Origin: a bacterium
Lineage (GTDB): Bacteria > Patescibacteriota > Microgenomatia > UBA1400 > PJMF01
Assembly (NCBI GenBank): GCA_017431625.1
Contig: JAFRKQ010000009.1
Coordinates: forward strand, 11,874 to 75,873
DNA: 64,000 bases
Direction of reading: 5' to 3'
Shown: piece by piece, positions 16,952 through 26,909 of the stretch
How the letters are laid out: each line of letters starts with the position of its first letter
How positions within the stretch are numbered: the first letter of the stretch is position 1
Translations under genes and position numbers: made by a program
Notes under the pieces: model-generated
Databases searched by the model: none
What the model was told of the DNA's origin: nothing
What the model saw: only the letters and a program-made list of their open reading frames with translations

Positions 16952-19036
16952 CTATCGATTGGCCCAATACTCGCGCAATCCAGGAAGCATCGAGTCAAAT
17001 TCACTTCGATATTGCGCGATTAATTGCGTATCCAAATTACTAGTCGCAAAACGTTGCGGCGAAACTTGATTGGAACTCTCAGAATAAAAGTCTTCGCCCA
17101 TAAACGCACGCTGACCATAATCATCAAGCACAAATTGTTGATTATATTGCGGCAAGCCAAAACCACCATTACCATTGGTGGGATCAAAAATATAAATTTC
17201 TCCACCTTCGCCATTGTCATTGGGGATATTGACGCCCACATAGGCATGGCGACCTCGCACTTCACCTGTATCAGCGCGAGCGACCCCGCCCAAAGTGTAG
17301 CAATCATAACCAAGCCTTTCCATGACTGCGTGATAAACAGAGGAAAAGCCAGTGCAAATTGCTTGCTGTTCATCAAAAGCGCGCGACATCTCGTATGATT
17401 GTTGCTCTGAGGTGGGAATCGTAAATTTAATTGGTGTCTCGTAATAATTATGATCATAATTTATGAAGTGATGTAAATATTCATTAAGCAAGACACTAGT
17501 GCGAATTGTCTGAGCACGCCGCTGACTCGCCGGCACTTCACTGGCCGGCACCAGACCCAAAAGATCAATCGTATCTTGGATTCCCTCAGAGACGATGCGA
17601 TCACGTTCAGGTCTTTCACTGATAAATTGATCATAGACTTTGAGTCGCCAACTATATTCAGGATGCCCTGCCACCAACTGACGAAAAAAGGGGTCGCCAC
17701 CATAGTGACGCACGCTTTGCGATGCGGGCAAATTGCGGAAAAAGTGAGCTTGACCAGCTTGTGTCAAATAATAATGTTCCTGACCGTCGCTGCCAATTTG
17801 GCGGCGAGCCATAAGCCGAAAATATTCGCTCCCGCCAAAACGAGCTTCCACTTGCGCCGCCGGTGTCCGCGCCAAGTATTCTTCCATTGCCGAAAAATCA
17901 ACCTCTGGGGCATGTGGCAACTCGCCACCGGGGTACATATTCTCTGTGCGATCATCGATTGCTGAGAGCAATGTTGAGGTGTCATATTTAGTCGCATAAA
18001 AGTCTTCAATTCTTGAATGCGAACGGTGTGTCGAGTGATACTCCTGATAAGCCTTCACAACGGCCTGACTTAACTCATCGCGATAACGTTCGATAGCCGG
18101 GTTGCTAGTAACCAAAGGTGCCCGCCGCTTACCATCAGTCAGATAGGGAATCAAATCATCCTCATTGCCAGGCGCATGAGCCATGATCACCCGCATCGTA
18201 CTTGGGTCATAGCGGAAGTCCTCCGTTTGGAGCCAATTCTCGTCAACAGGCAACTGGTCATATTGTTCCTGGCGTTGATTGACTTGTTGGGCAGCTTCAA
18301 AAGCGCGCAAAAAACTGTGATCGCGGGCTCCGATTTGTCTTACTTGTTCAGGTGTCAAAGTATATTCCTGCTCGTGATCGCGCGCCACCACATCGCCATA
18401 AGCAAGAAAGTCAAATGTCAAAGTATCGTGATCAAAATTAAGCGAGTTAGTATCTATTTCTTCTTCCGGCTCTTCATCTGCGCGTTCGGCTGCCGCCTCC
18501 TCTTCTTGTAATTTTTGGTAAGCAGCTTTTAGGCGTTCATAAAATACAGGATCGCGTTCACAAATTCTCTTAATCTGATCAAAATTTAATTTCACATCGT
18601 AATTACGATCACCAACATAAATCTCACCGTGCAAACCAAAAACAAATTTCAAAGTGTCATGATCAAAAACTACTGTCTCCACATCCACTGTTGTCTGTTT
18701 GGGTTGTTCTGGCACTCCCAAAGATGACACTTCAGTAGATGGCGTTGGGGTACTAGCGCCACTTTCACGCAATGTTCGCAAAAACTCACGTCCACGCTGC
18801 GAGCCGCCATAGCGTTTGATAAAATCAGTCAAGCTCAAACTTTGCGTTTCGCCTGCGTATTTGATCACCACTGTCTGGCCACCATCAATACTGGATAAAT
18901 GGGCTTGCTCAAGAGGAATGGCAAAAGATGTGTTTTCCAATTCTGATTCGGGCTGCTCGTGATCGAGGGTCGGTAATTCTGAGTCAGTCGCCAAAAGACT
19001 CGGATCAAGGACGGCTGTTTCTGTTTGTGTTGACAT
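16952..19036 (-). CDS. large protein with internal ~50-aa repeats and a C-terminal transglutaminase-like cysteine-protease core
   Basis: C-terminus QAICTGFSSVYHAVMERLGYDCYTLGG...GRHAYVGV...IYIFDPTNG gives a Cys/His/Asp transglutaminase-like triad; repeats VVFDHDTLKFVFGLHGEIYVGDRNYDV and LNFDHDTLTFDFLAYGDVVARDHEQEY; promoter TTGGCA...TTATAAT at about 19040-19075 (minus). Confidence 0.65.
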   Translation of the reverse strand: MSTQTETAVLDPSLLATDSELPTLDHEQPESELENTSFAIPLEQAHLSSIDGGQTVVIKYAGETQSLSLTDFIKRYGGSQRGREFLRTLRESGASTPTPSTEVSSLGVPEQPKQTTVDVETVVFDHDTLKFVFGLHGEIYVGDRNYDVKLNFDQIKRICERDPVFYERLKAAYQKLQEEEAAAERADEEPEEEIDTNSLNFDHDTLTFDFLAYGDVVARDHEQEYTLTPEQVRQIGARDHSFLRAFEAAQQVNQRQEQYDQLPVDENWLQTEDFRYDPSTMRVIMAHAPGNEDDLIPYLTDGKRRAPLVTSNPAIERYRDELSQAVVKAYQEYHSTHRSHSRIEDFYATKYDTSTLLSAIDDRTENMYPGGELPHAPEVDFSAMEEYLARTPAAQVEARFGGSEYFRLMARRQIGSDGQEHYYLTQAGQAHFFRNLPASQSVRHYGGDPFFRQLVAGHPEYSWRLKVYDQFISERPERDRIVSEGIQDTIDLLGLVPASEVPASQRRAQTIRTSVLLNEYLHHFINYDHNYYETPIKFTIPTSEQQSYEMSRAFDEQQAICTGFSSVYHAVMERLGYDCYTLGGVARADTGEVRGRHAYVGVNIPNDNGEGGEIYIFDPTNGNGGFGLPQYNQQFVLDDYGQRAFMGEDFYSESSNQVSPQRFATSNLDTQLIAQYRSEFDSMLPGLREYWANR

Positions 19037-19217
19037 GACAAAACAATTATAACACGAAACAAAAGACTTGCCAAAATATATATGTGCCTCATACAGCCTC
19101 TTGACAAAACTGATGTCTTGTAATATACTACCAGTAGTTAGGGGACGAGTCGAGCCTCTAGTGGCTCATTAACATTACTTTTTCCTGACATAATTCCATA
19201 GAAAGAAGGCATTAGTT

Positions 19218-19871
19218 TTGTCATTGAAAATTCTCAATATTTCTGGACCATCCTGGATACAGGATCAGTCCGGCCAGAGGCTGTTTAATCGTGAGCTCAA
19301 CTCACAGACAGCCAGCATCTACTTGCGCACCCCGCCCGCTTGTCATCTCGAGTCAACACCATCACGACTGGTCTTAATCGACAGCCACCTGATCTTAGAG
19401 CCGACCACCTCCGAGCACAACGAGCGCCTGTTTCTGGTCAACCTGGCAGCAATCGGAGAACGCGATGACGATAATTACAACTACGACAAAGTCAATGACT
19501 TTATATTGGCCGAGGATTACTGTCGGCTTGTGGAGCACTGGTTTGTCGAGCGAATGATCGGCATCAACAAAAAAGGTAGGCAGCACTGTTTGTCCGTTCT
19601 CATTAAAGCCCTCACCAACGAAGCTCGGGTGGCGTTTTTCTTTAGCACCGAAGGCTGCAAACACATTCTGCTAGCATCCGATGTTCGCGGTATCCGCACT
19701 CATCATTTTGACACTGCGGTTTTTAGTCAGGACTTCATCTATGATCGGGTCCTCAAAGAAGTATATGACTGGACGAGTTTTCGTCTCGATGAGCTGAGCG
19801 TTTCCTCCAAAACTCCCATGACATATCTCGACAAAATAGTATCCAAACTGCGCCGGTCGCTGGGTCTTTAA
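19218..19871 (+). CDS. hypothetical protein (TTG start per ORF track; true start uncertain)
   Basis: 217-aa ORF preceded by a TTGACA, 17 bp, TAATAT promoter at 19110-19138 and an AGAAGG RBS. Confidence 0.45.
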   Translation: MSLKILNISGPSWIQDQSGQRLFNRELNSQTASIYLRTPPACHLESTPSRLVLIDSHLILEPTTSEHNERLFLVNLAAIGERDDDNYNYDKVNDFILAEDYCRLVEHWFVERMIGINKKGRQHCLSVLIKALTNEARVAFFFSTEGCKHILLASDVRGIRTHHFDTAVFSQDFIYDRVLKEVYDWTSFRLDELSVSSKTPMTYLDKIVSKLRRSLGL

Positions 19872-19909
19872 ACCCAGCCGATAGTGAGAAAAAGAGTATA
19901 TGTGAGCGT

Positions 19910-19937
19910 GCCGCCGGTGTTTGCCGGCGGTCTTTTT
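19910..19937 (+). terminator. rho-independent terminator
   Basis: gccgccgg-tgtttg-ccggcggtc followed by TTTTT. Confidence 0.7.
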
Positions 19938-20012
19938 GCCTCAGTGACCTAACTCCCAAGTTCCCACCCAAAACGCAACACTCCGCACCAGTACAAGATA
20001 ACTTAACACAAT

Positions 20013-20103
20013 GTAGACAAAATTTGTACAATTTCACTTTTTTGTTAAACGCATGTTAAACGCATACATCTGGTTTTTAGTGACAAAAATGGTGTTTTTG
20101 TGA
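20013..20103 (+). repeat. cassette-boundary repeat R1
   Basis: gtagacaaaatttgtacaatttcacttttttgttaaacgcatgttaaacgcatacatctggtttttagtgacaaaaatggtgtttttg. Confidence 0.9.
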
Positions 20104-20124
20104 TTTAATGTCTTGACAAATTAT

Positions 20125-21090
20125 CTATTCTTGTCCTAAAAGCTCCACTACCAAGGCCACCATCAAGTCTTTTTCCCGTGGGTTGGATTGAGCGATCAGG
20201 AGTGTTAGTGAGGTGAGAGCGATATTATTGATAATTGGTAGACCATCGCGATACAACATTCCATAAAAATCCAAAAAATAGATCAAAAGTGTGGCCGCAA
20301 TGCGCTTGTTGCCATCAGAAAATGGGTGGTTTTTGATGAGCAGATAAAAAAGATTGGCGGCTTTTTCTTCCAGCGTTGGATAGACATCTTGTCCACCAAA
20401 AGACTGATAAACGTTGCCCAAAATTGACTCCAGACCGCGTTCGCGCTCACTCCCAAAAAGATCGCTGATTTGTTTATATTTAAGACCAGCAATGACACTA
20501 AGACAACTCTTATAGGTAATCATTTTGTCACTCGTGCGCACCCCCTTACCAGAAAAGCGTTGCTCATCATAGCTTTCTAGGGTATCCAAAGCCCGATAAT
20601 AATGATTGATTAGCTGTAAAATTTGCTTGGCATTCTCGCCTTCAATCTCCTGGTCACGATTGGCAATTTCCAGCAATTTAACCGTTTTTTCTAGCATCTC
20701 CAGACGCTTTTGATTGATGGCGACACCTTTGAGCATATAATCTTTGAGCACTTTATTGGCCCAAATGCGAAATTGTGTGCCCTGTGGCGACTTGACGCGA
20801 TAGCCAACAGAAATAATGACATCAAGGTTATAATACTCGACACTATATGTCTTGTTATCAGCGGCAGTTGTTGCAAAAAATGCAACAACTGAGTTTTTAT
20901 TCAACTCGCCTTCGTCAAAAATATTATTAATATGTCGAGAAATAGTGGTTTTATCACGGCCAAAAAGCTGAACCATTTGCGCCTGCGACAGCCACACGGT
21001 TTCGTCCTGAAGATTAACTTCCAGCTTTACCTTTTGATTTTCAAAAATAATGATTTCGTTTTTGTCCTGCATAGGCTTATTATAACACAC
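20125..21090 (-). CDS. Fic/Doc family protein with N-terminal RhuM-like domain
   Basis: C-terminal Fic motif HPFSDGNKRIAATLL (HPFx[DE]GNxR); N-terminus IIIFENQKVKLEVNLQDETVWLSQAQMVQLFGRDKTTISRHINNIF is RhuM-like; start possibly the ATG at 21072. Confidence 0.8.
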   Translation of the reverse strand: MCYNKPMQDKNEIIIFENQKVKLEVNLQDETVWLSQAQMVQLFGRDKTTISRHINNIFDEGELNKNSVVAFFATTAADNKTYSVEYYNLDVIISVGYRVKSPQGTQFRIWANKVLKDYMLKGVAINQKRLEMLEKTVKLLEIANRDQEIEGENAKQILQLINHYYRALDTLESYDEQRFSGKGVRTSDKMITYKSCLSVIAGLKYKQISDLFGSERERGLESILGNVYQSFGGQDVYPTLEEKAANLFYLLIKNHPFSDGNKRIAATLLIYFLDFYGMLYRDGLPIINNIALTSLTLLIAQSNPREKDLMVALVVELLGQE

Positions 21091-21288
21091 ATTTTAGATA
21101 AATTACGAGCCAAAACTACAAGCTACCAAACACAATACCATTTGTCAAATTTTTATCACGTTTGTTATTGTTTTTACCCGGGGAGACCACGAAACACGAT
21201 AGCAAAAAAAACTAAAGACGACAATGTTGTGACACCAGGCTATCACCAAAAGCGAGGTCAAACTTAGCTTCAAGCGGTTCTTTTAAAA

Positions 21289-21378
21289 TGTATACAAAAT
21301 TTGTACAATTTCACTTTTTTGTTAAACGCGTGTTAAACGTGTATATCTGGTTTTTAGTGACAAAAATTTGGTTTTTGT
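21289..21378 (+). repeat. cassette-boundary repeat R2 (in a divergent promoter region)
   Basis: tatacaaaatttgtacaatttcacttttttgttaaacgcgtgttaaacgtgtatatctggtttttagtgacaaaaatttggtttttg. Confidence 0.9.
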
Positions 21379-21447
21379 AAATTGATAGTTACCAGAAATT
21401 AATTATTGCCTCTCTTTTGAAAACTTTCGGGGTCATAATCATAATTT

Positions 21448-21708
21448 TTGTGTTATAATATAGCGGCAATGATAAAATTGTCAGGAACGCAGTCTATGAG
21501 TTATGACGCTTTAGTACAAGACATTAGCACTCTTCCCAAGGAGTATTTTCCCGAAGTGGCTCATTTTCTTGAGCTGCTTAAATTTAAGGTGATGGTACAA
21601 ACACACCAACAACCATCTTCATTGCGTCAACTGGGTGGCTTTGAAGGCCAAATAAAAATAGCTGATGATTTTGATGACACCCCAACAGGTTTTGAGGACT
21701 ATTTATAA
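21448..21708 (+). CDS. VapB-like antitoxin (DUF2281-like) of a type II TA pair
   Basis: Small ORF ending ...GGFEGQIKIADDFDDTPTGFEDYL whose stop overlaps the vapC start (TAATG); true start probably an internal ATG (MSYDALVQDISTLP...). Confidence 0.55.
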   Translation: MCYNIAAMIKLSGTQSMSYDALVQDISTLPKEYFPEVAHFLELLKFKVMVQTHQQPSSLRQLGGFEGQIKIADDFDDTPTGFEDYL

Positions 21709-22082
21709 TGTATATTATTGACACACATGTGCTATTGTGGTTACTGTCAGATCCAGACAAACTCTCACGCACAGCCAAACAAGTTTTGCAACGTGAACGA
21801 CTTTTTGTTAGTATAGCTTCATTATGGGAGATTGCGATCAAACAAAGTAATGGTAAATTAGAGTTGCCACTGACGCCCCAACAGTTGTCTAACGTTTGTC
21901 TGAGTCGCGATATTCAACTCAAGCAAATCCTACCAAACCATTTATGCCAGCTGCGTGAGCTACCAAAAATTCACAGTGATCCTTTTGACCGTTTGATCAT
22001 TTGTCAAGCCATAGCAGATAAAATCTCAATTGTCACTCATGACACCAAAATTGCTCGTTATAATATTGCGACAGTTTGGTAA
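21708..22082 (+). CDS. vapC: PIN-domain toxin VapC
   Basis: MYIIDTHVLLWLL...SIASLWEIAIK...DPFDRLIICQA...VTHD carries the PIN acidic residues. Confidence 0.85.
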   Translation: MYIIDTHVLLWLLSDPDKLSRTAKQVLQRERLFVSIASLWEIAIKQSNGKLELPLTPQQLSNVCLSRDIQLKQILPNHLCQLRELPKIHSDPFDRLIICQAIADKISIVTHDTKIARYNIATVW

Positions 22083-22095
22083 ACTATTACTTAAT

Positions 22096-22186
22096 GTAGA
22101 CAAAATTTGTACAATTTCACTTTTTTGTTAAACGCGTATTAAACGTGTATATCTGGTTTTTGGTGACAAAAATGGTGTTTTTGTTT
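22096..22186 (+). repeat. cassette-boundary repeat R3
   Basis: gtagacaaaatttgtacaatttcacttttttgttaaacgcgtattaaacgtgtatatctggtttttggtgacaaaaatggtgtttttg. Confidence 0.9.
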
Positions 22187-22198
22187 TTTTGATTGCTT

Positions 22199-22678
22199 TT
22201 ATTTTTCAAATTTAACTGTGATGTTTTCATTCCCTATATGCTCTAAATTGTCAAGATGACCTATTTTGGTATAACTATATGATGTAGCAAATGATTTATA
22301 AAAGATGACTAGACAATTATCCCCATAAAGCATAACATCGCCTTTTTCAATCTGTTTGGGATTGTACGGATTTGAAGTTAACGGCTCATCCAGATAAGCA
22401 AATTTTTCATTGCCATTTAATTCATTCATTAAAAATTCTTTTGGCAACAGATTAAAAAATTCTGTTGCTGTTTGATTATTCTCAAGTTGTAGCGTGTAAG
22501 TTTCATCGCCGATGATCACCTTCACTTCTCGCATTTCTTGCTCACTTTCCTGAATACTATCCTCTATCAAGGCAACATCACTGATTGTGTCATCTGGTAA
22601 GTTTTCGTTGCTAGGTCTATTGGCAATAGCGACAATCGACACTAGACCACCAATCAAGATTAACAAGACTTTGTACAT
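22199..22678 (-). CDS. cyclophilin-like (PF04126-type) small secreted/lipo-anchored protein
   Basis: N-terminal signal/anchor MYKVLLILIGGLVSIVAIA; pattern VKVIIGDETYTLQLENNQTATEF...KGDVMLYGDNCLVIFYK resembles the cyclophilin-like fold family often paired with hydrolases; abuts the next gene with no gap. Confidence 0.45.
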   Translation of the reverse strand: MYKVLLILIGGLVSIVAIANRPSNENLPDDTISDVALIEDSIQESEQEMREVKVIIGDETYTLQLENNQTATEFFNLLPKEFLMNELNGNEKFAYLDEPLTSNPYNPKQIEKGDVMLYGDNCLVIFYKSFATSYSYTKIGHLDNLEHIGNENITVKFEK

Positions 22679-23667
22679 TAGCTCAAGTGTCTATTTAAGA
22701 ATTCTTCAATTTTAGCAAACGGAATTTTATCTTTTTGATCATACAAATCCGTGTGGGTCGCCCCTGGCACGACCACAAATTCTTTGTTGCTAGTATATTT
22801 AGAGTCTTTAATCATCTGATCGTAAGCATCCTTGCCCATATAAAATGAATGCGCTTTATCCCCATGAATAATCATCAGCGCATTTCTAATTTCATTGGCA
22901 TAATGAAATAATCTAACATTCATCATTGAAGTGTTAGTTTGGATGGCCCAACCATTATTAGAATTAAGACTTCTGTTATGATAGCCTCTGGGGGTTTTGT
23001 AGTAGGCATGATAGCCTTGCAAAAATTCTGGCGCATTTGCCGGCAAGGGATCAATCACACCACCAGCCAAAGCATAATTGCCACTGGCCAAATCTTTATT
23101 TCTTTGATTATTCAAGCTAACTCTTTGGCTATATCGAGCTTCCTCATTATCTTGTTCGTCAAAATACCCATTGCCCGCCACTCTCGACATGTCGTACATC
23201 GTGGAGACAATCGTAGCCTTGATTCTGGTATCAATGCAAGCGGTTTGTAGTGCCATACCACCCCAACCACAGATGCCAATAATGCCGATTTTTTCGCTAT
23301 CGACATTGTCAAGGCTGATTAAATAATCTACGGCCGCTTGAAAGTCCTCCACATTGATGTCGAAAGCTGTCATATAGCGAGGATGACCGCCTGACTCTCC
23401 TGTAAATGAAGGATCGAAAGCAATACTCAAAAAGCCTCTTTCAGCCATCTCTTGAGCGTACAAGCCGCTCGCTTGTTCTTTGACTGCGCCATAAGGGCCC
23501 GCCACCGCTAACGCTGGTAATTTACCGGTATAATCTTTGGGCGTGTACATGTCGGCCACCAAGGTGATGCCAAAATGATTGGTAAAAGTGACTTTTTGAT
23601 GATTAACTTTATCACTTTGCGGAAAAACTTTGTCCCATTCCTGAGTTATTTTTAATTCTTCTTGCAT
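22678..23667 (-). CDS. alpha/beta hydrolase, dienelactone-hydrolase-like (Cys nucleophile)
   Basis: IGIIGICGWGG nucleophile elbow (GxCxGG), downstream Asp/His region ...MIIHGDKAHSFYMG. Confidence 0.7.
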   Translation of the reverse strand: MQEELKITQEWDKVFPQSDKVNHQKVTFTNHFGITLVADMYTPKDYTGKLPALAVAGPYGAVKEQASGLYAQEMAERGFLSIAFDPSFTGESGGHPRYMTAFDINVEDFQAAVDYLISLDNVDSEKIGIIGICGWGGMALQTACIDTRIKATIVSTMYDMSRVAGNGYFDEQDNEEARYSQRVSLNNQRNKDLASGNYALAGGVIDPLPANAPEFLQGYHAYYKTPRGYHNRSLNSNNGWAIQTNTSMMNVRLFHYANEIRNALMIIHGDKAHSFYMGKDAYDQMIKDSKYTSNKEFVVVPGATHTDLYDQKDKIPFAKIEEFLNRHLS

Positions 23668-23873
23668 GATCTATCCTTTCCCCAACTTTGCGGCTATTAT
23701 ACCATGGAAAAAGAAGCTTTTGGCAATTTGTTGCGTTGAGATTGGCCTATCTACTATTAATTCCCACGTTTTCAAAGATTTTGTGACTGTAAACACAGAC
23801 TTCATTTGCCCAATCGAAAACAATTGATGATAGCCATGGAAGTAGTCATACTATTGACACGGTTCAATTGTGT

Positions 23874-23965
23874 GTAGACAAAATTTGATCAATTTCACTT
23901 TTTTGTTAAACGCGTGTTAAACGTACACATCTGGTTTTTAGTGACAAAAATGGTGTTTTTGTTTT
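23874..23965 (+). repeat. cassette-boundary repeat R4
   Basis: gtagacaaaatttgatcaatttcacttttttgttaaacgcgtgttaaacgtacacatctggtttttagtgacaaaaatggtgtttttg. Confidence 0.9.
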
Positions 23966-24046
23966 TTATGGTAGCAGTTAATTTTACCAAAACAATTGTC
24001 CTGATCAAATATTTTTGTCACAATGTAAATTCAAAGTTGTGGTATA

Positions 24047-24586
24047 ATGCACGTCATGAAGTTCTATCTCGTACGCCATGGCCAAACTGATTACAATGTC
24101 AAACACATCGTTCAAGGTTGGTCTGATGTACCACTCAATAGTGTCGGCAAGGAGCAAGCGGTTCAAGTAGCATTGATGATGTGTGATTATCATGTGGATG
24201 CTGTTTTTGCTTCGGATCTGTTGCGTGCCAAACAAACTGCCGAACCAATAGCTGCTAAGTTGGGATTACCAGTGACTTACAGTTGGTTGTTGCGGGAACG
24301 TTATTTTGGCGCTCTCGAGGGCACTGATAGTGACCAGATAGATTGGGATAAAGTCAATGCTAATGGACTGGAAATTCAAGCCCAAGGTGTCGAAAGCCGG
24401 GCTCACTTAGACGATCGCATTCGTCAATTTGTCAGCGACCTTCAACTTTGGCCCAATCCACCGCACTCCATTGTGGTGATCACTCATGGCGGTACTATGA
24501 ATCACTTTTGTAGCTGTTTTCTGCCAAAACATGAGTTTTGTCATTTTAACAATACTCAGATAGTGGAATTGACGCTTGAGGATTAA
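24047..24586 (+). CDS. histidine phosphatase family (phosphoglycerate-mutase-like) protein
   Basis: FYLVRHGQTDYN...G.SDVPL..VGKEQA is the RHG catalytic motif; likely start MKFYLVRHG at 24056; promoter TTGTCA...TGgTATAAT at 24015-24044. Confidence 0.8.
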   Translation: MHVMKFYLVRHGQTDYNVKHIVQGWSDVPLNSVGKEQAVQVALMMCDYHVDAVFASDLLRAKQTAEPIAAKLGLPVTYSWLLRERYFGALEGTDSDQIDWDKVNANGLEIQAQGVESRAHLDDRIRQFVSDLQLWPNPPHSIVVITHGGTMNHFCSCFLPKHEFCHFNNTQIVELTLED

Positions 24587-24595
24587 CTGTCAACC

Positions 24596-24672
24596 AAAAC
24601 ACGATATCATTTACCGATTCTTTATCGCGTTTGCTATCACTTCTGCCTGGGGAGACCACAAACGCGATACTA
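24596..24672 (+). repeat. partial copy (E-b) of the larger composite repeat element
   Basis: aaaacacgatatcatttaccgattctttatcgcgtttgctatcacttctgcctggggagaccacaaacgcgata matches the 5' half of 29237-29396. Confidence 0.75.
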
Positions 24673-24815
24673 AATAACTAAAGGCTATAGTGTTTTGGCC
24701 GACGCGAAAAAGTTTTTCAATTAGACTTGAAAAGTTGGTGATGATAACGCAATCGCGCTGACTGCTACCGACATATGTACTGTTAAAATCGTGATATTAT
24801 GATATAATCGCTCAT

Positions 24816-26534
24816 ATGACTCAGAATAAAGCGAGAGTAAAAAGACACTGGCACGTACTTGTGTTAGCTTTAATTATCGCGCTGGCAAGTTTTTTCCGAC
24901 TCTGGCATTTAAACCAGCTACCTTATGCCCTTCACGATGACGAAGTCTGGAATGCCTATCTGGGCAAATTTATTATTTTAAATCATCAAGATGTCAACGG
25001 TCAGAAGTGGCCGTGGCTTTATTCAGATAAATTTGGCGATTATCCGCCAGTACTACCCATGTATTTATCTGGTCTCACCGCGATTTTTTTTGGCGACAAT
25101 GCCCTAGCTGTGCGTTTGCCGATTGCCATTTGTGGCATTATTAATGTAATCACCGTTTATTTTTTGGCGAAGTTTTTATTTGCTGATACTCGAGCGGCAC
25201 TGGTAGCCACTTTGTTTATGGCTATTTGCCCTTGGCACGTTATTCTCTCGCGCGCTACAGCAGAAAATATCGTTGCTACCAGTGTATTTTCACTAGGTAT
25301 ATTAGTGCTCTTTACAGCTTTGGAAAAGCAAAAAGTTTCTGGCAAACTATTGGTGTCATTATTATTGCTCCTGACTACTTATTTGCTTTATCCGAGTTAT
25401 CGGGTGTTAATACCTTTATTTTTATTGCCGACATTTTTACTTACACCGCCAAAGTCATTAATTCGTCAATGTATGGTGACGGCTACTATTGTTGCTTTTG
25501 GCTTGACATTCATAATCGGCCACACTGATTGGGGCAAAGGACGCTATGATCAAATTTCTATCTGGACACATGGTGGTGAAATTGCCGGCAAGTCGCTTAA
25601 TTATTCACTTGCCCTCGGTCCAGGTCGAGTTTTGGAAGCGAGAATTTTTAATAATAAATATGTTTTAGTAGCAAGAGAATTTTTGCGACAGTATAGCACC
25701 TATTTTTCTGCGCAGTTTCTTGCTGGCGAAGGGTTTATGGAGCCGAAGCGTTATCATCTGATTGAGCATGGAGTCGCTTATTGGTCATTGATTTTGGTAA
25801 TAATTCTTTTTGTGTTGGTGCAAATTGTCAGACCCTACACACTACCACAATTGTCAGCAACTTTCAAACGTCAAAGGTGGCGGTATTTTTTGCTATTGTT
25901 GTGGTTTTTATTGATAGCGCCATTGCCAGCCGCACTGACACTCGAGGAAGTTCCCAATATTCATCGGACTCTAGGAATGGTTGTGGTTTGGTCTTTACTT
26001 TTTGGTTGGTTAACATGTCGGCTATTGGCAGCCAAGCTCACAAGACACTGGTTGATGATAGCCGCTGTTGGTCTCGGACTAGTATTTTGTAGCGAGGCGA
26101 TTTATTTTTGGCACACTTACACCACATTGGACTATGAGAGTAATTTTATTTATCGCGATGATGCCAAAAAACTTATCAGCGAGTGGTTACTGGCCCAGCA
26201 TGACGAGAAAATACCAATTCTCATTCCTCAAGCTGGCAATTTAATTCTTCATTACTTGTTTTTTGGTGGCAATTACGACCCATCGTTGGTGGGCCAATTT
26301 GAAGATGGCTTGAGCATTGAGGTCTTCCATCATTTACATCCAGTTTTTGATCCTTGCAAGCAAGCCCAAAAAATTCTCAAATTACAACCAAACGAAAAAA
26401 TATTGGTCGTGAGTGAGCAAGACAATTGTGAAGGTTTGGTTTTGCGTGACAAAATTGTCAGACACAACTTGACCGATGCTTATTATATTTGGGAAGCAAG
26501 TCGCGAGGGAATATTGCCAGTCAACGAACTTTAG
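24816..26534 (+). CDS. GT-C fold glycosyltransferase (ArnT/PMT family, GT39/GT83-like) polytopic membrane protein
   Basis: More than 10 predicted TM helices; conserved DE motif in the first extracytoplasmic loop (LHDDEVWNAYLGKF). Confidence 0.65.
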   Translation: MTQNKARVKRHWHVLVLALIIALASFFRLWHLNQLPYALHDDEVWNAYLGKFIILNHQDVNGQKWPWLYSDKFGDYPPVLPMYLSGLTAIFFGDNALAVRLPIAICGIINVITVYFLAKFLFADTRAALVATLFMAICPWHVILSRATAENIVATSVFSLGILVLFTALEKQKVSGKLLVSLLLLLTTYLLYPSYRVLIPLFLLPTFLLTPPKSLIRQCMVTATIVAFGLTFIIGHTDWGKGRYDQISIWTHGGEIAGKSLNYSLALGPGRVLEARIFNNKYVLVAREFLRQYSTYFSAQFLAGEGFMEPKRYHLIEHGVAYWSLILVIILFVLVQIVRPYTLPQLSATFKRQRWRYFLLLLWFLLIAPLPAALTLEEVPNIHRTLGMVVVWSLLFGWLTCRLLAAKLTRHWLMIAAVGLGLVFCSEAIYFWHTYTTLDYESNFIYRDDAKKLISEWLLAQHDEKIPILIPQAGNLILHYLFFGGNYDPSLVGQFEDGLSIEVFHHLHPVFDPCKQAQKILKLQPNEKILVVSEQDNCEGLVLRDKIVRHNLTDAYYIWEASREGILPVNEL

Positions 26535-26537
26535 GAC

Positions 26538-26664
26538 ATCGTGTTTACCACTCTGCCTGAAATACCTGCGAAACGCGATATGAAATGGCCAAAGACTATC
26601 ATGTTTGGGCTAGCGTGGGCCGCCAAAAGTGAGGATAAATTAATTTCAACGTGTTTTTGATAAT
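26538..26664 (+). repeat. partial copy (E-c) of the larger composite repeat element, contiguous with R5
   Basis: ctctgcctgaaatacctgcgaaacgcgatatgaaatggccaaagactatcatgtttgggctagcgtgggccgccaaaagtgaggataaat...tttgataat nearly identical to the 3' half of 29237-29396. Confidence 0.8.
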
Positions 26665-26756
26665 ATAGACAAAATTTGATCAATTTCACTTTTTTGTTAA
26701 ACGCATGTTAAACGTATACATCTGGTTTTTAGTGACAGAAATGGGGTTTTTGTTTT
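26665..26756 (+). repeat. cassette-boundary repeat R5
   Basis: atagacaaaatttgatcaatttcacttttttgttaaacgcatgttaaacgtatacatctggtttttagtgacagaaatggggtttttg. Confidence 0.9.
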
Positions 26757-26840
26757 TTATGGTAACGACTAATTTTACCACAACAATTGGCCTGATTAAA
26801 AATTTTTGTCAGTTGACACATAAAGCAGTGTCGCAATATT

Positions 26841-26871
26841 CTTTGCCCGCGCTCAATCGAGCGCGGGCAAA
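26841..26871. promoter_or_regulatory. perfect 14-bp-arm palindrome ctttgcccgcgctc-aatc-gagcgcgggcaaag in the conserved 3' module of the Fibrobacter-paralogous-domain gene family
   Basis: Recurs at 31541-31571 and 63129-63159, always about 40 bp 3' of a family member's stop; no U-tract, so not a classic terminator. Confidence 0.6.
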
Positions 26872-26909
26872 GACGAAACGAAATCAGGAAAAGTATTAAG
26901 ACTACAAAA

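Noticed and set aside
26841-26871. GC-rich 14-bp-arm palindromes as intrinsic terminators
   Set aside because: No U-tract follows on either strand; kept as a regulatory or recombination palindrome instead.
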